Source: Candidatus Limnocylindrales bacterium
Lineage (GTDB): Bacteria > Chloroflexota > Limnocylindria > QHBO01
Assembly (NCBI GenBank): GCA_035540715.1
Contig: DATLGA010000059.1
Location: forward strand, 458 to 64,457
Direction: 5' to 3'
Length of the DNA stretch: 64,000 nt
Positions 25,696 through 34,491 of this stretch are shown piece after piece; position 1 is the first letter of the stretch, and each line of letters starts with the position of its first letter. A program made the position numbers and the translations under genes. The notes beneath the pieces are model-generated. The model was not told where the DNA came from. It saw nothing but the letters and a program-made list of their open reading frames with translations, and made no database searches.

Positions 25696-27792
25696 TCAGG
25701 CGGCGCAGACCCGGTCGCGACCTGCCCGCTTCGCCATGTAGAGCGCGACGTCGGCCGCGCGCAGCAGGTGGTCCGGCGACTCGACCTCCGGACCGATCGC
25801 GGCGCACCCGGCCGACACGGTGGCCGACAGCTCCTCGCCCGACGCGCCGAGGACCGGCGTCGCCGCCAGCTGCTCCCGAATCTCGTTCGCGATGCGGACC
25901 GCGTCGTCGAGGGTGGCCCGATACAGGATGGCGGCGAACTCCTCCCCACCGAAGCGGGCCACGAGGTCCGTGGTCCGCATCCGCTTGCGAAGGACGGAAC
26001 CGAAGGCGCGAAGGACCTCGTCGCCGACCTGGTGACCGTGGCGGTTGTTCAGCTCGCTGAAGTGATCGAGGTCGAACATGATCGCCGCGAGCGGCACGCG
26101 TTCTTCGATCGGCAGGCGGGCGCGGCGGGCGAACAGCTGGTCGAGGGCGGGGTCGAGGTAGCGACGGTTGAAGAGGCCGGTCAGCGGGTCGCGCAGGGCC
26201 AGCTCGGCGACCTCCGCGTGGAGGAAGACGTTCGTGACCGCCAGCGACGCCTGCTCGCCGAGCATGGCCAGCGCGTCGCGCTCGACGTCGCTGAAGCTGG
26301 CCGATCGGTCGAAGCGCATCAGCGTCAGTGCCCCGAGCACCGCCCGGTCGCGAATGAGCGGGACGGCTGCGGCGAGCATCGGCGACGGCGGCTCCTCGGC
26401 GAGGAAGCCCGCCGCGACGGTGCGCAGCCCTGGCGGGCGAGGCGCCGCGTCGTCGACGATCATCGTGCGATCACGGATGGCTCGGCCCGCCATGCCGTCA
26501 CCGGATCGAGCCTCGGCTCCGGGAGTGAGGAGGCTGCTGCCCTCGGCCGCCGCGAGCAGATAGCGCCCGCTCTCGCGGTCGAGCACGTGCAGCGCCGCGA
26601 CGTCGGCCGCGACGACCTTCGAGACCGAGCGGACGATGGCGTGGTACAGCTCGTCGGGCTGGAGCGTTCCGTTCACCGCCTCGCTGAACTCGTGCAGGTG
26701 ACGGAACAGGTTTGCGCGATCCTCGAGCCGCTGGCGATCCCGTCCGATGATGAGCGCTGCCGCGAGCCGATCGGCGATGGCGACCATGACCTGCAGGTCC
26801 GTCGTGTCGAGCGGCTCGGTGACCGACTCGACGTTCACGAAGCCCAGGAAGTCGTCGTCGGACATGAGCGGAACGCAGATCTCGCTGCGCACGCCGGGAT
26901 TGAGACCCCAGTAGTCGGGATCGGACCCCACGTCCGGCACGAAGGCCGGACGATGCGAGCGCATCACCCTTCCCACGATGCCGCGCTTTCCGTCGAAGGC
27001 TTCGACGAGCTCGGAATACCCCCGCTGCGCGCCGAGGTCGACCCGCCGGTCGTCGCCGAGATAGAGCGAGACGTAGCGATACCCGAACTGCCGCTCGACG
27101 CGGCCGACCACCTCGTCGAGCGCGTCGCGCGTGGGGCCGTGCGTCGCGAGAATGCGGCCGATGGCCTCGACGCCCGCGATCTGGCGTGCGCGGCGGCGGT
27201 CGCCGACCATGGCCTGACGGAGACGAACACGAGCGCGCTGGATGCGCGCGACCTCGCGCCGCGTGCCGAACGCGACGAGGAGGGCCGCGGCGGCGAAGCC
27301 GAGCGCGCGCTGGACCGCCTCGAGCGGCACGCCGCGGTCGATCGTCTCCACCGTCCAGTGCGCGCCGACGGCGGTGGCGACCGCGAGCGCCACCATGCGC
27401 GGCCCGGCGAAGGCGGACAGGGCGATGATGGGCAGGTAGACCGACGACAGCAGCCCGGTGCTGCCGGTCAGCAGCTGGCCGCCCGCGACCATCGCGACGC
27501 TGACCAGGATTCGTGCCGAGATCCATGCCGACTTCGTGGCGTCGGTGGTAGCCGCGCGACGGCCCGAGCCGACGGCGACGCTGGCGGCGAGGTACGCAGC
27601 CGCGAGGAGCCACAGGCCCGGCCCGCTGGTGTGCGTGACGCCGACGACCAGGATGGGCAGCAGGAGCGCCGCCGATTCGAGGAGCGATCGGTCGCGCGCC
27701 CAAGCAGCCATTCGAGGGAAGGTCCCCCCGAGCGGCCGGGTGACGCCAGGGCCGGCGCGCAGCGCGCGCTCGGGACGGGCAGCGTCGGTCAT
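25696..27792 (-). CDS. Membrane-anchored GAF-GAF-GGDEF diguanylate cyclase
   Basis: The C-terminal domain carries RFGGEEFA with an RxxD I-site (RTTD) 5 residues upstream. Two GAF-like regions and an N-terminal polytopic hydrophobic region are present. Start is 27792 (MTDA) or 27711 (MAAW). The upstream ~500 codons of the ORF-track entry are rejected. Confidence 0.85.
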   Translation of the reverse strand: MTDAARPERALRAGPGVTRPLGGTFPRMAAWARDRSLLESAALLLPILVVGVTHTSGPGLWLLAAAYLAASVAVGSGRRAATTDATKSAWISARILVSVAMVAGGQLLTGSTGLLSSVYLPIIALSAFAGPRMVALAVATAVGAHWTVETIDRGVPLEAVQRALGFAAAALLVAFGTRREVARIQRARVRLRQAMVGDRRRARQIAGVEAIGRILATHGPTRDALDEVVGRVERQFGYRYVSLYLGDDRRVDLGAQRGYSELVEAFDGKRGIVGRVMRSHRPAFVPDVGSDPDYWGLNPGVRSEICVPLMSDDDFLGFVNVESVTEPLDTTDLQVMVAIADRLAAALIIGRDRQRLEDRANLFRHLHEFSEAVNGTLQPDELYHAIVRSVSKVVAADVAALHVLDRESGRYLLAAAEGSSLLTPGAEARSGDGMAGRAIRDRTMIVDDAAPRPPGLRTVAAGFLAEEPPSPMLAAAVPLIRDRAVLGALTLMRFDRSASFSDVERDALAMLGEQASLAVTNVFLHAEVAELALRDPLTGLFNRRYLDPALDQLFARRARLPIEERVPLAAIMFDLDHFSELNNRHGHQVGDEVLRAFGSVLRKRMRTTDLVARFGGEEFAAILYRATLDDAVRIANEIREQLAATPVLGASGEELSATVSAGCAAIGPEVESPDHLLRAADVALYMAKRAGRDRVCAA

Positions 27793-27885
27793 CTGGCGGG
27801 CAGTCTGCCGGGGTGCGGTCGGGACCGGTATGGCCCGTCGGTACCATGCCGGACGCCGGACGGCCGGTGCGGTACGCTCGGCCGC

Positions 27886-28929
27886 ATGGACCTGACCGCT
27901 CCCTGGGCGCATCGCTGGGCCGGCCGGCTCGACGAGCACGTCATCGACAGCGAGGTATTGACCGGCAACCCGCTGCGTGACCCGCACCGACGACCGCTCT
28001 ACGTCTACACGCCGCCGGGCTACGACGCCGATGCCGATCGGCGCTATCCATCGGTCTACCTCATCCAGGGGATGACCGGCCAGCTGGACATGTGGCACAA
28101 CCGCAAGGCGTTCGCGCCGACCGTCGTCGAGGCGGTCGACGCGTGGTTCGCCGAGGCGCGTGCGCCGGCAATCGTCGTCTACGTCGATGCCTGGACCAGC
28201 TACGGCGGGTCGCAGTTCATCGACTCGCCTGGCACCGGCCGGTACCACACGTACCTGTGCGAGGAGGTCGTGCCGTTCGTCGACGCGCGCTATCGGACGC
28301 TGCCCGAGGCGGCGCACCGGGGCATTGCCGGAAAGAGCAGTGGCGGCTACGGCGCCATGGTGACGCCGATGCTCCGGCCGGACCTCTTCGGCGGCCTCGT
28401 CACGCACGCCGGCGATGCGCTGTTCGAGGTGTGCTACCAGCCCGAGTTTCCGCAGGCGGCGCGCGCGCTGCGCGAGGAGTACGACGGGTCGTTCGATGCG
28501 TTCTGGGCAGATTTCCGGTCGCGACCCGGCCGCGCAAAGCGCTCGGATGCGGCCCTCGTCAACGAATGGGCGATGGCCGCCTGCTACTCGACCGACCCCG
28601 ACGGCACCGTTCGGTTGCCCTTCGACACGCGCACCGGCCGGCTCGATCCCGAGATCTGGGGGCGCTGGCTGGCCTGGGACCCGGTGCGCATGGCTCCCGA
28701 GCGCGCCACCGCGTTGCGCGGGCTGCGGGCCGTCTGGATCGACGCCGGGCGGCAGGACGAGTACTTCCTGGACCTCGGTGCCGAGGCGTTCCGGCAGGAG
28801 CTCGCCGCCATCGGCGTCGACGACGACCGCGTGCGGTTCGAGCTGTTCGAAGGCACCCACTCCGGCGTGGACTGGCGCTACCCCGAGGCGATCGGCTGGT
28901 TGGCCGAGCGCCTCGGCCCGGTGCGCTGA
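27886..28929 (+). CDS. Putative esterase (esterase D / enterochelin-esterase-like alpha/beta fold)
   Basis: Nucleophile elbow GKSSGG (GxSxG). The motifs YPSVYLIQG and DAGRQDEY are typical of the 'putative esterase' family. Only the last 347 codons of the 1053-aa ORF are coding. Confidence 0.75.
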   Translation: MDLTAPWAHRWAGRLDEHVIDSEVLTGNPLRDPHRRPLYVYTPPGYDADADRRYPSVYLIQGMTGQLDMWHNRKAFAPTVVEAVDAWFAEARAPAIVVYVDAWTSYGGSQFIDSPGTGRYHTYLCEEVVPFVDARYRTLPEAAHRGIAGKSSGGYGAMVTPMLRPDLFGGLVTHAGDALFEVCYQPEFPQAARALREEYDGSFDAFWADFRSRPGRAKRSDAALVNEWAMAACYSTDPDGTVRLPFDTRTGRLDPEIWGRWLAWDPVRMAPERATALRGLRAVWIDAGRQDEYFLDLGAEAFRQELAAIGVDDDRVRFELFEGTHSGVDWRYPEAIGWLAERLGPVR

Positions 28930-29032
28930 CGCGCAGCGGGCTTCGGGCAGCGCTGCCGCTGGCACGGCGCTCGCTATAGGGTCGTTCAATGCTGAGCGAC
29001 GACGCGACGCGTTCAGGCGTCGCACGCCACCG

Positions 29033-29908
29033 ATGACGTTCCGGCGCAACGTCAGGCTCAACCCCGGACAGGTCCGCGACCTGCGGGGACGCGGCGTGCG
29101 GCGCGGCGGCGTGGCCGTGGGCGGTGGGCTCGGCGGCCTCATCCTCATCGCCCTCCTGCTGTTCATGGGCGGTGATCTCGGCGACCTCGTCGGTGGCGGT
29201 GGCGGCACGGGCGGCGGCGCCGTCACGGCGCAGGGCGACACCGACCTCGACGAGGAGTGCCGCACCGGCGAGGACGCGAACCGGCGCCAGGACTGCCGCA
29301 TCGTCGGCTACGTGAACTCGGTGCAGGCGTACTGGCAGCAGGCGTTCGAGGCTGCGGGCCAGTCCTACACGACGGCCGACACGGTCCTCTTCACCGATGC
29401 GGTGAACACCGCCTGCGGCGGTGCCTCGAGTGCCGTGGGCCCGTTCTACTGCCCGCTCGACCAGACGATCTACATCGATCTCGGCTTCTTCGAGGTCATG
29501 GAGCAGCGACTCGGCGCCCAGGGCGGCGAGCTGGCGGAGGCCTACGTGATCGCGCACGAGTACGGCCACCATGTCCAGAACCTGCTCGGTCTGCTCGACG
29601 CCGGTCGCGACGCGGGCGCCGAGGGAGGCGCCGTGCGGACCGAGCTGCAGGCCGACTGCTTCGCCGGCGTGTGGGCCGGCAACGCGGTCGAGACCGGCTA
29701 CATCGAGCCGTTGACGCGCGAACAGATCAACCAGGCGCTCGACACCGCCGCGGCCATCGGCGACGATCGGATCCAGGAGCAGACCCAGGGCCAGGTGAAC
29801 CCGGAGACGTGGACGCATGGCTCGTCGGAGCAGCGCCAGGAGTGGTTCACACGCGGGCTGGAGCGAGCCGATCCGAATGCCTGCGATACGTTCGACGCCG
29901 ACATCTGA
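29033..29908 (+). CDS. YpfJ-like neutral zinc metallopeptidase, membrane-anchored
   Basis: N-terminal transmembrane helix plus Gly-rich linker. Contains FYCP.DQTIYIDL.FF, AYVIAHEYGHHVQ (HExxH) and LQADCFAGVW. Confidence 0.8.
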   Translation: MTFRRNVRLNPGQVRDLRGRGVRRGGVAVGGGLGGLILIALLLFMGGDLGDLVGGGGGTGGGAVTAQGDTDLDEECRTGEDANRRQDCRIVGYVNSVQAYWQQAFEAAGQSYTTADTVLFTDAVNTACGGASSAVGPFYCPLDQTIYIDLGFFEVMEQRLGAQGGELAEAYVIAHEYGHHVQNLLGLLDAGRDAGAEGGAVRTELQADCFAGVWAGNAVETGYIEPLTREQINQALDTAAAIGDDRIQEQTQGQVNPETWTHGSSEQRQEWFTRGLERADPNACDTFDADI

Positions 29909-29973
29909 GGCTTGAGCCCCGGTCGCCCGGCGTGTGAGACTGTCGCCCCGTATCGTCGAGGCGCCCAGGACCG

Positions 29974-31971
29974 ATGACCACGAACGGACACCCGCGAGCC
30001 ATGGACGGCCTGCGACCGGACGCGCGCTTCGAGGCGTCGCCGTTCCCGCCCATCGGCGACTACGCGTTCCTGTCGGACTGCGAGACGACCGCGCTCATCG
30101 CGCCGTCCGGCAACGTGGAGTGGCTCTGCCTGCCGCGGATGGACTCGCCGAGCGTGTTCGGCTCGATCCTCGACCGCGACGCCGGCGGATTCCGGCTCGG
30201 CCCGTCCGACATCATGGTCCCCGCCGCCCGACGGTACCTGCCCGGCACCATGGTGCTCGAGACGAGCTGGGGATCGCCGAACGGCTGGATCATCGTGCGG
30301 GACGTGCTGCTGATCGGCCCGTGGCGGCACACCGAGGAGCGGTCGAAGACGCAGCGCCGGCCGCCGACCGACTACGACGCGAGCCACATCCTCCTTCGCA
30401 TGGTGCGCTGCGTGAACGGTGAGATGCAGCTGGCGCTCGACTGCGAACCCGTGTTCGACTACGGCCGTCACTTCGGCCGTTGGGCGTACACGGAGGAGAG
30501 CTATCGCCAGGGCGTCTGCCGCTGCGACGAGAGCGACGTCGAGCTCGTGCTGACCGGTGACATGAACATCGGCTTCGAGGGCCAGCGCGCCATGGCGCGG
30601 ACCCTCATCAAGGAAGGGGAGACGCGCTTCGTCGCCCTGTCGTGGAACCGTGCCGCCCCGCCGCGGACCACCGACGACGCGTACGAGCGACTGGTGTGGA
30701 CCGCCCATCACTGGCAGCACTGGCTGGCGCGCGGCACCTTCCCGGACCACCCGTGGCGATCGTTCCTCGAGCGGTCGGCCCTGACCCTGAAGGGGCTGAC
30801 CTACGCGCCATCCGGCGCCGTCGTCGCCGCGCCGACGACGTCGCTGCCGGAGACGCCCGGTGGGGAGCGCAACTGGGACTACCGCTACAGCTGGATCCGC
30901 GACTCGACCTTCGCGCTGTGGGGCCTCTACACGCTCGGCTTCGACTGGGAGGCGAACGACTACCTCTATTTCATCGCCGATGTCGCCGAGCGCGACGACG
31001 AGCTCCAGATCATGTACGGCGTCGACGGCGAGCGGGCATTGCCCGAGGAGATCCTCGAGCACCTGTCGGGCTACGAGGGTGCGCGCCCGGTCCGGATCGG
31101 CAACGACGCATACGGGCAGCGGCAGCACGACATGTGGGGCGCCGTCCTCGACTCGGTCTACCTCCACACCCGCTCCCGAGACCACCTCGACGAGCGGATC
31201 TGGCCGATCCTGGTTCGCCAGGTCGAGGCAGCGCTGGAGAACTGGCGCGAGCGCGACCGCGGGATCTGGGAGGTGCGCGGAGAGCCGAGGCACTTCACGA
31301 GCTCCAAGGTCATGTGCTGGGTCGCGGCGGACCGGGGCGCACGCCTGGCGCGCCTGCGCGAGGACCAGGAGCGGGCGGAACGCTGGCAGGCCGCGGCGGA
31401 CGAGATCCATGCCGACATCTGCGCCAACGCGCTCGACGATCGAGGCGTGTTCACCCAGCACTACGACACCGAGGCCCTCGACGCGTCGGTCCTGCTCATG
31501 CCGCTCGTCAGGTTCCTGCCGCCCGACGACGAGCGGATCCGCCGGACCGTCCTCGCGATCGCCGACGAGCTGACCGAGGACGGCCTCGTGCTGCGCTACA
31601 AGGTCGACCAGACCGACGACGGCCTCTCCGGCGAGGAGGGAACCTTCACGATCTGCTCGTTCTGGCTCGTCTCGGCGCTCGTCGAGATCGGCGAGGTCGA
31701 GCGCGCCCGTAAGCTGTGCGAGAAGCTTCTCTCGTACGCCAACGCGCTCGGCCTGTACGGCGAGGAGCTGGACCCCGACACCGGGCGGCACCTCGGCAAC
31801 TTCCCGCAGGCCTTCACCCACCTCGCGCTCATCAACGCGGTCATGCACCTCATCCACGCGGACACGGTGCGTCGTGGCGGCCCGGCCACGCTCTCCCCGC
31901 GTACCCCGGCGAAGCTCCAGGGAGCGATGAGCCTGTCGCCGCTCGCCGAGGACCGCGCGATCGAGCGCTGA
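29974..31971 (+). CDS. Glycoside hydrolase family 15 protein (glucoamylase/trehalase type)
   Basis: 665 aa. Contains IGDYAFLSDCETTALIAPSGNVEWLCLPR, SLPE..GGERNWDYRYSWIRD and GNFPQAFTH, typical of bacterial GH15 enzymes. Confidence 0.88.
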   Translation: MTTNGHPRAMDGLRPDARFEASPFPPIGDYAFLSDCETTALIAPSGNVEWLCLPRMDSPSVFGSILDRDAGGFRLGPSDIMVPAARRYLPGTMVLETSWGSPNGWIIVRDVLLIGPWRHTEERSKTQRRPPTDYDASHILLRMVRCVNGEMQLALDCEPVFDYGRHFGRWAYTEESYRQGVCRCDESDVELVLTGDMNIGFEGQRAMARTLIKEGETRFVALSWNRAAPPRTTDDAYERLVWTAHHWQHWLARGTFPDHPWRSFLERSALTLKGLTYAPSGAVVAAPTTSLPETPGGERNWDYRYSWIRDSTFALWGLYTLGFDWEANDYLYFIADVAERDDELQIMYGVDGERALPEEILEHLSGYEGARPVRIGNDAYGQRQHDMWGAVLDSVYLHTRSRDHLDERIWPILVRQVEAALENWRERDRGIWEVRGEPRHFTSSKVMCWVAADRGARLARLREDQERAERWQAAADEIHADICANALDDRGVFTQHYDTEALDASVLLMPLVRFLPPDDERIRRTVLAIADELTEDGLVLRYKVDQTDDGLSGEEGTFTICSFWLVSALVEIGEVERARKLCEKLLSYANALGLYGEELDPDTGRHLGNFPQAFTHLALINAVMHLIHADTVRRGGPATLSPRTPAKLQGAMSLSPLAEDRAIER

Positions 31972-31995
31972 TCGGTCCCGGTGGCGGACGGCCTC

Positions 31996-32013
31996 CGGTG
32001 CGCAGCCGCACCG
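31996..32013 (+). terminator. Short GC hairpin after the GH15 gene; weak terminator candidate
   Basis: Stem CGGTGCG / CGCACCG (7 bp) with loop CAGC, 25 nt after the stop codon. No U-tract. Confidence 0.25.
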
Positions 32014-32076
32014 ACTGGCCACGCCAATCCCGGCTGGCGCGATCCATGCAGTAGGGCGGCTCGAAAGGAGGGTCAG

Positions 32077-32163
32077 ATGGATCTGATCTGGATCATCATC
32101 ATCGTGCTCGTCGTCCTGGCGCTGCTCGGCTACTTCGGCTACGGCCGGCGCCGCGGCCTCTAG
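32077..32163 (+). CDS. 28-aa single-helix membrane peptide
   Basis: AAAGGAGGG lies 4 nt upstream of the ATG. Sequence is MDLIWIIIIVLVVLALLGYFGYGRRRGL: one hydrophobic helix followed by a basic tail. It is the downstream part of ORF 31981..32163. Confidence 0.5.
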   Translation: MDLIWIIIIVLVVLALLGYFGYGRRRGL

Positions 32164-32226
32164 GTCGACTCGCCCGGCGCGCCGCGCCCGGTAGAATCCG
32201 GCCCACAGCGGAGGGGTTCATCGGGC

Positions 32227-33426
32227 GTGGCACGCATCCTCGTCTATACCGGAAAGGGCGGCGTCGGGAAGACGAGCGTCGCCGCCGCCACCGCGCTGGC
32301 GTGCGCCGATCGTGGGTACCGCACGATCGTGATGTCGACCGACATCGCGCACAGCCTGGGCGACGCCTTCGATCGGCAGCTCGGGCCGACCCCGACCGAG
32401 ATCGCCCCGAACCTGTGGGCCCAGGAGTCGGACGTCTTCTACAACGTCGCTCGCTACTGGGGCCGCATCCAGGAGTACGCCGCGTCGGTCCTGCGGTGGC
32501 GCGGGCTCGACGAGGTCATGGCCGAGGAGATGACCGTCCTCCCCGGCATGGACGAGGTCGGCAGCCTGCTCTGGATCGCCGACCATCACGACTCGGGCAA
32601 CTACGACGTCGTGGTCGTGGACGCCGCACCCACCGGCGAGACCCTTCGGCTCCTCTCCCTCCCCGAGGCCGCGAGGTGGTGGATGGAGAAGATCGAGCCG
32701 ATCGGCCGCCGGATCACCAAGCTCACCGGCCCGCTCATCCAGCGGGTCATCGGCATGCCGATGCCCGGCGACGACGTCTTCAACGCCGGCGAGGAGCTGT
32801 TCGGCCGGCTCGAGCACATGCACGCGCTTCTGTCGGATCACGCCAAGACGTCGGTCCGCGTCGTGCTCACGCTCGAGCAGGTCGTCATCAAGGAAGCGCA
32901 GCGCTCGTTCACCTACTTCCACCTCTACGGTTACCCGACCGATCTCGTCGTCGCGAACCGAGTCCTGCCCGACGAGGTCGGTGCCTACTTCCGCGGCTGG
33001 TATGACGCGCAGCAGCGGTACGGCCCCCTCGTCGAGAAGACCTTCCACCCCATTCCGGTTCGCCAGGCGCCCTTCTTCGACCGCGAGATGGTCGGCGTCG
33101 GGCGCCTGCGCGAGCTCGCATCGGTCCTGTACCAGGACGATGATCCGACGCAGTTCTTCTACCGCGGCCGGCCGTACACCGTCGGCCGCGAGGACGGTGG
33201 CTACCTCGTCGCGGTCGACCTGCCCTTCACCGAGAAGAGCCAGATCAACCTGTCCCGTCACGGTGACGAGCTCGTCATCGACCTCGGCACGTGGCGACGC
33301 ACGCTCGTCCTCCCACGCATCCTCGTCGACGCGCCGACCGAGGGCGCCAGGTTCGACGAGGGCACCCTGAAGATCCGCTTCGGCATGCCGGCCCATGCGA
33401 CCTCATCGAAGGAGAACCACCGATGA
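32227..33426 (+). CDS. ArsA/Get3-family ATPase with C-terminal HSP20-like (alpha-crystallin-type) domain
   Basis: P-loop GKGGVGKT, MSTD..HSL, and the switch motif VDAAPTGETLRLLSLPE. The C-terminal ~90 aa (YLVAVDLPF...LSRHGDELVIDLG...EGTLKIRF) look like an HSP20/ArsA_HSP20 beta-sandwich. GTG start. Confidence 0.88.
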   Translation: MARILVYTGKGGVGKTSVAAATALACADRGYRTIVMSTDIAHSLGDAFDRQLGPTPTEIAPNLWAQESDVFYNVARYWGRIQEYAASVLRWRGLDEVMAEEMTVLPGMDEVGSLLWIADHHDSGNYDVVVVDAAPTGETLRLLSLPEAARWWMEKIEPIGRRITKLTGPLIQRVIGMPMPGDDVFNAGEELFGRLEHMHALLSDHAKTSVRVVLTLEQVVIKEAQRSFTYFHLYGYPTDLVVANRVLPDEVGAYFRGWYDAQQRYGPLVEKTFHPIPVRQAPFFDREMVGVGRLRELASVLYQDDDPTQFFYRGRPYTVGREDGGYLVAVDLPFTEKSQINLSRHGDELVIDLGTWRRTLVLPRILVDAPTEGARFDEGTLKIRFGMPAHATSSKENHR

Positions 33427-33722
33427 CCGATCAGCCACCCGCAGACCGAGACCGAACGGCCGAGCTCGAGGCCCGCATCGCCGACCTCGAACGCCGCAGC
33501 TGGCGCTCCAGCGTCGACGAGGGGCGTACCGGCATGGAGGAGGCATTCTGGGCGCTGATGCATCGACTCTTCCCCGACGAGGCGCGCAAGCACCTCAAGG
33601 TGGCCGGACGCGAGCAGCTCATGGCTGCGCGCGTCTACCTCGACCGGTGGATCGAGCGGCTCGACGAGGAGGAGGACGCCGCCGCGGAAGGCCGGCCCCA
33701 CGAGAAGATCGAGGTCGAGTGA
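33423..33722 (+). CDS. Hypothetical helical / coiled-coil protein (99 aa), translationally coupled to the ArsA-like gene
   Basis: ATGA overlap with the ArsA-like stop. High GC3. Charged heptad-like N-terminus (AELEARIADLERR) and acidic tail. No family recognised. Confidence 0.6.
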   Translation: MTDQPPADRDRTAELEARIADLERRSWRSSVDEGRTGMEEAFWALMHRLFPDEARKHLKVAGREQLMAARVYLDRWIERLDEEEDAAAEGRPHEKIEVE

Positions 33723-33729
33723 GGGCCGA

Positions 33730-34491
33730 TCAGCCCAGGAACGCGCCGATCGTATCGGCCAGGGCGTCCGGCGCCGAGTAGTTCGTCGCGTGCGGCGCCC
33801 CCGGCACGGTCGCGCGCGAGCCGTCGGCGGCGAGATCGGCGGCCTCGCACACCCATCGGGCCGGCGCGATCGGGTCGCGTGAGCCGCGGACGACCAGGAC
33901 CGGCGCGTGAACCCGCGGCAGGTCGTGCTGGATCTGGTGCGCCCACGCCTCGCGCAGGGTGGCCACCACGCGCCTCGGTCCCGCGCGGACGTAGTCGGGC
34001 ACGTGCTCGGCCCACAGGATCAGCCGCTCGCGCGGCAAGTCCGCGAGGAGCCGCAGGGCGTGGCGCGCCAGGCTGGCCGACGGGTCGAACGTCGGGCCGA
34101 CGAGCACCAGCCGCTGCCCCCAGTGCGGCTCGCGGACGGCGAGCCGGACGGCGACCTGGCAGCCCATCGAGTTGCCGATCAGGATGGCCGGCGGCTCCAC
34201 CCCGGCCGCCTCGATGCTTCGGCCGAGCCACCGAGCCAGCTCGTCGATCGAGGGGCGGACGCCGTGGCCGTCGCTGAGCCCGAAGCCGGGGAGGTCCGGC
34301 GCGATCGTCTGCCATCCTCGCCGCGCTAGCGAGGCCGCGAACGGCCGCATGTAGCGGCTCGAGATGACGAAGCCGTGGACGAGCACGATGGTCGGGCTTC
34401 CCGGCCGCCGGATGGCGGGAATTCCCTCGCGCACGTGAATCCGGTGCCCGTCGACCTTCACCCACCGCCGGCGGAGCCGACCGCACGTCAT
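33730..34491 (-). CDS. Alpha/beta hydrolase
   Basis: Contains VLVHGF and the nucleophile elbow GNSMG. ATG 34491 overlaps the upstream stop (ATGA). The ORF-track start was trimmed. Confidence 0.8.
   Translation of the reverse strand: MTCGRLRRRWVKVDGHRIHVREGIPAIRRPGSPTIVLVHGFVISSRYMRPFAASLARRGWQTIAPDLPGFGLSDGHGVRPSIDELARWLGRSIEAAGVEPPAILIGNSMGCQVAVRLAVREPHWGQRLVLVGPTFDPSASLARHALRLLADLPRERLILWAEHVPDYVRAGPRRVVATLREAWAHQIQHDLPRVHAPVLVVRGSRDPIAPARWVCEAADLAADGSRATVPGAPHATNYSAPDALADTIGAFLG

Noticed and set aside
25768-27885. First ~706 codons of the 1053-aa plus-strand ORF 25768..28929
   Set aside because: This part is antisense to the GGDEF cyclase gene and has a low-complexity Arg/Glu/Asp/Gly composition. 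Only the portion from ATG 27886 (the esterase) is credible.
29004-29023. Hairpin GCGACGC-GTTCAG-GCGTCGC just upstream of the metallopeptidase start, considered as a riboswitch or attenuator
   Set aside because: It is a single short stem in a 100-nt spacer with no further conserved-looking structure, and is too small to support any RNA-element call.
27793-29301. Upstream ~500 codons of the 1201-aa minus-strand ORF 25696..29301
   Set aside because: This part overlaps the esterase and metallopeptidase genes in antisense and is Arg/Pro-rich. The GGDEF protein starts at 27792 or 27711, where the hydrophobic N-terminal helices begin.
29698-32022. 774-aa minus-strand ORF opposite the GH15 gene
   Set aside because: Antisense shadow ORF with no motifs. 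The plus-strand GH15 signal is strong.
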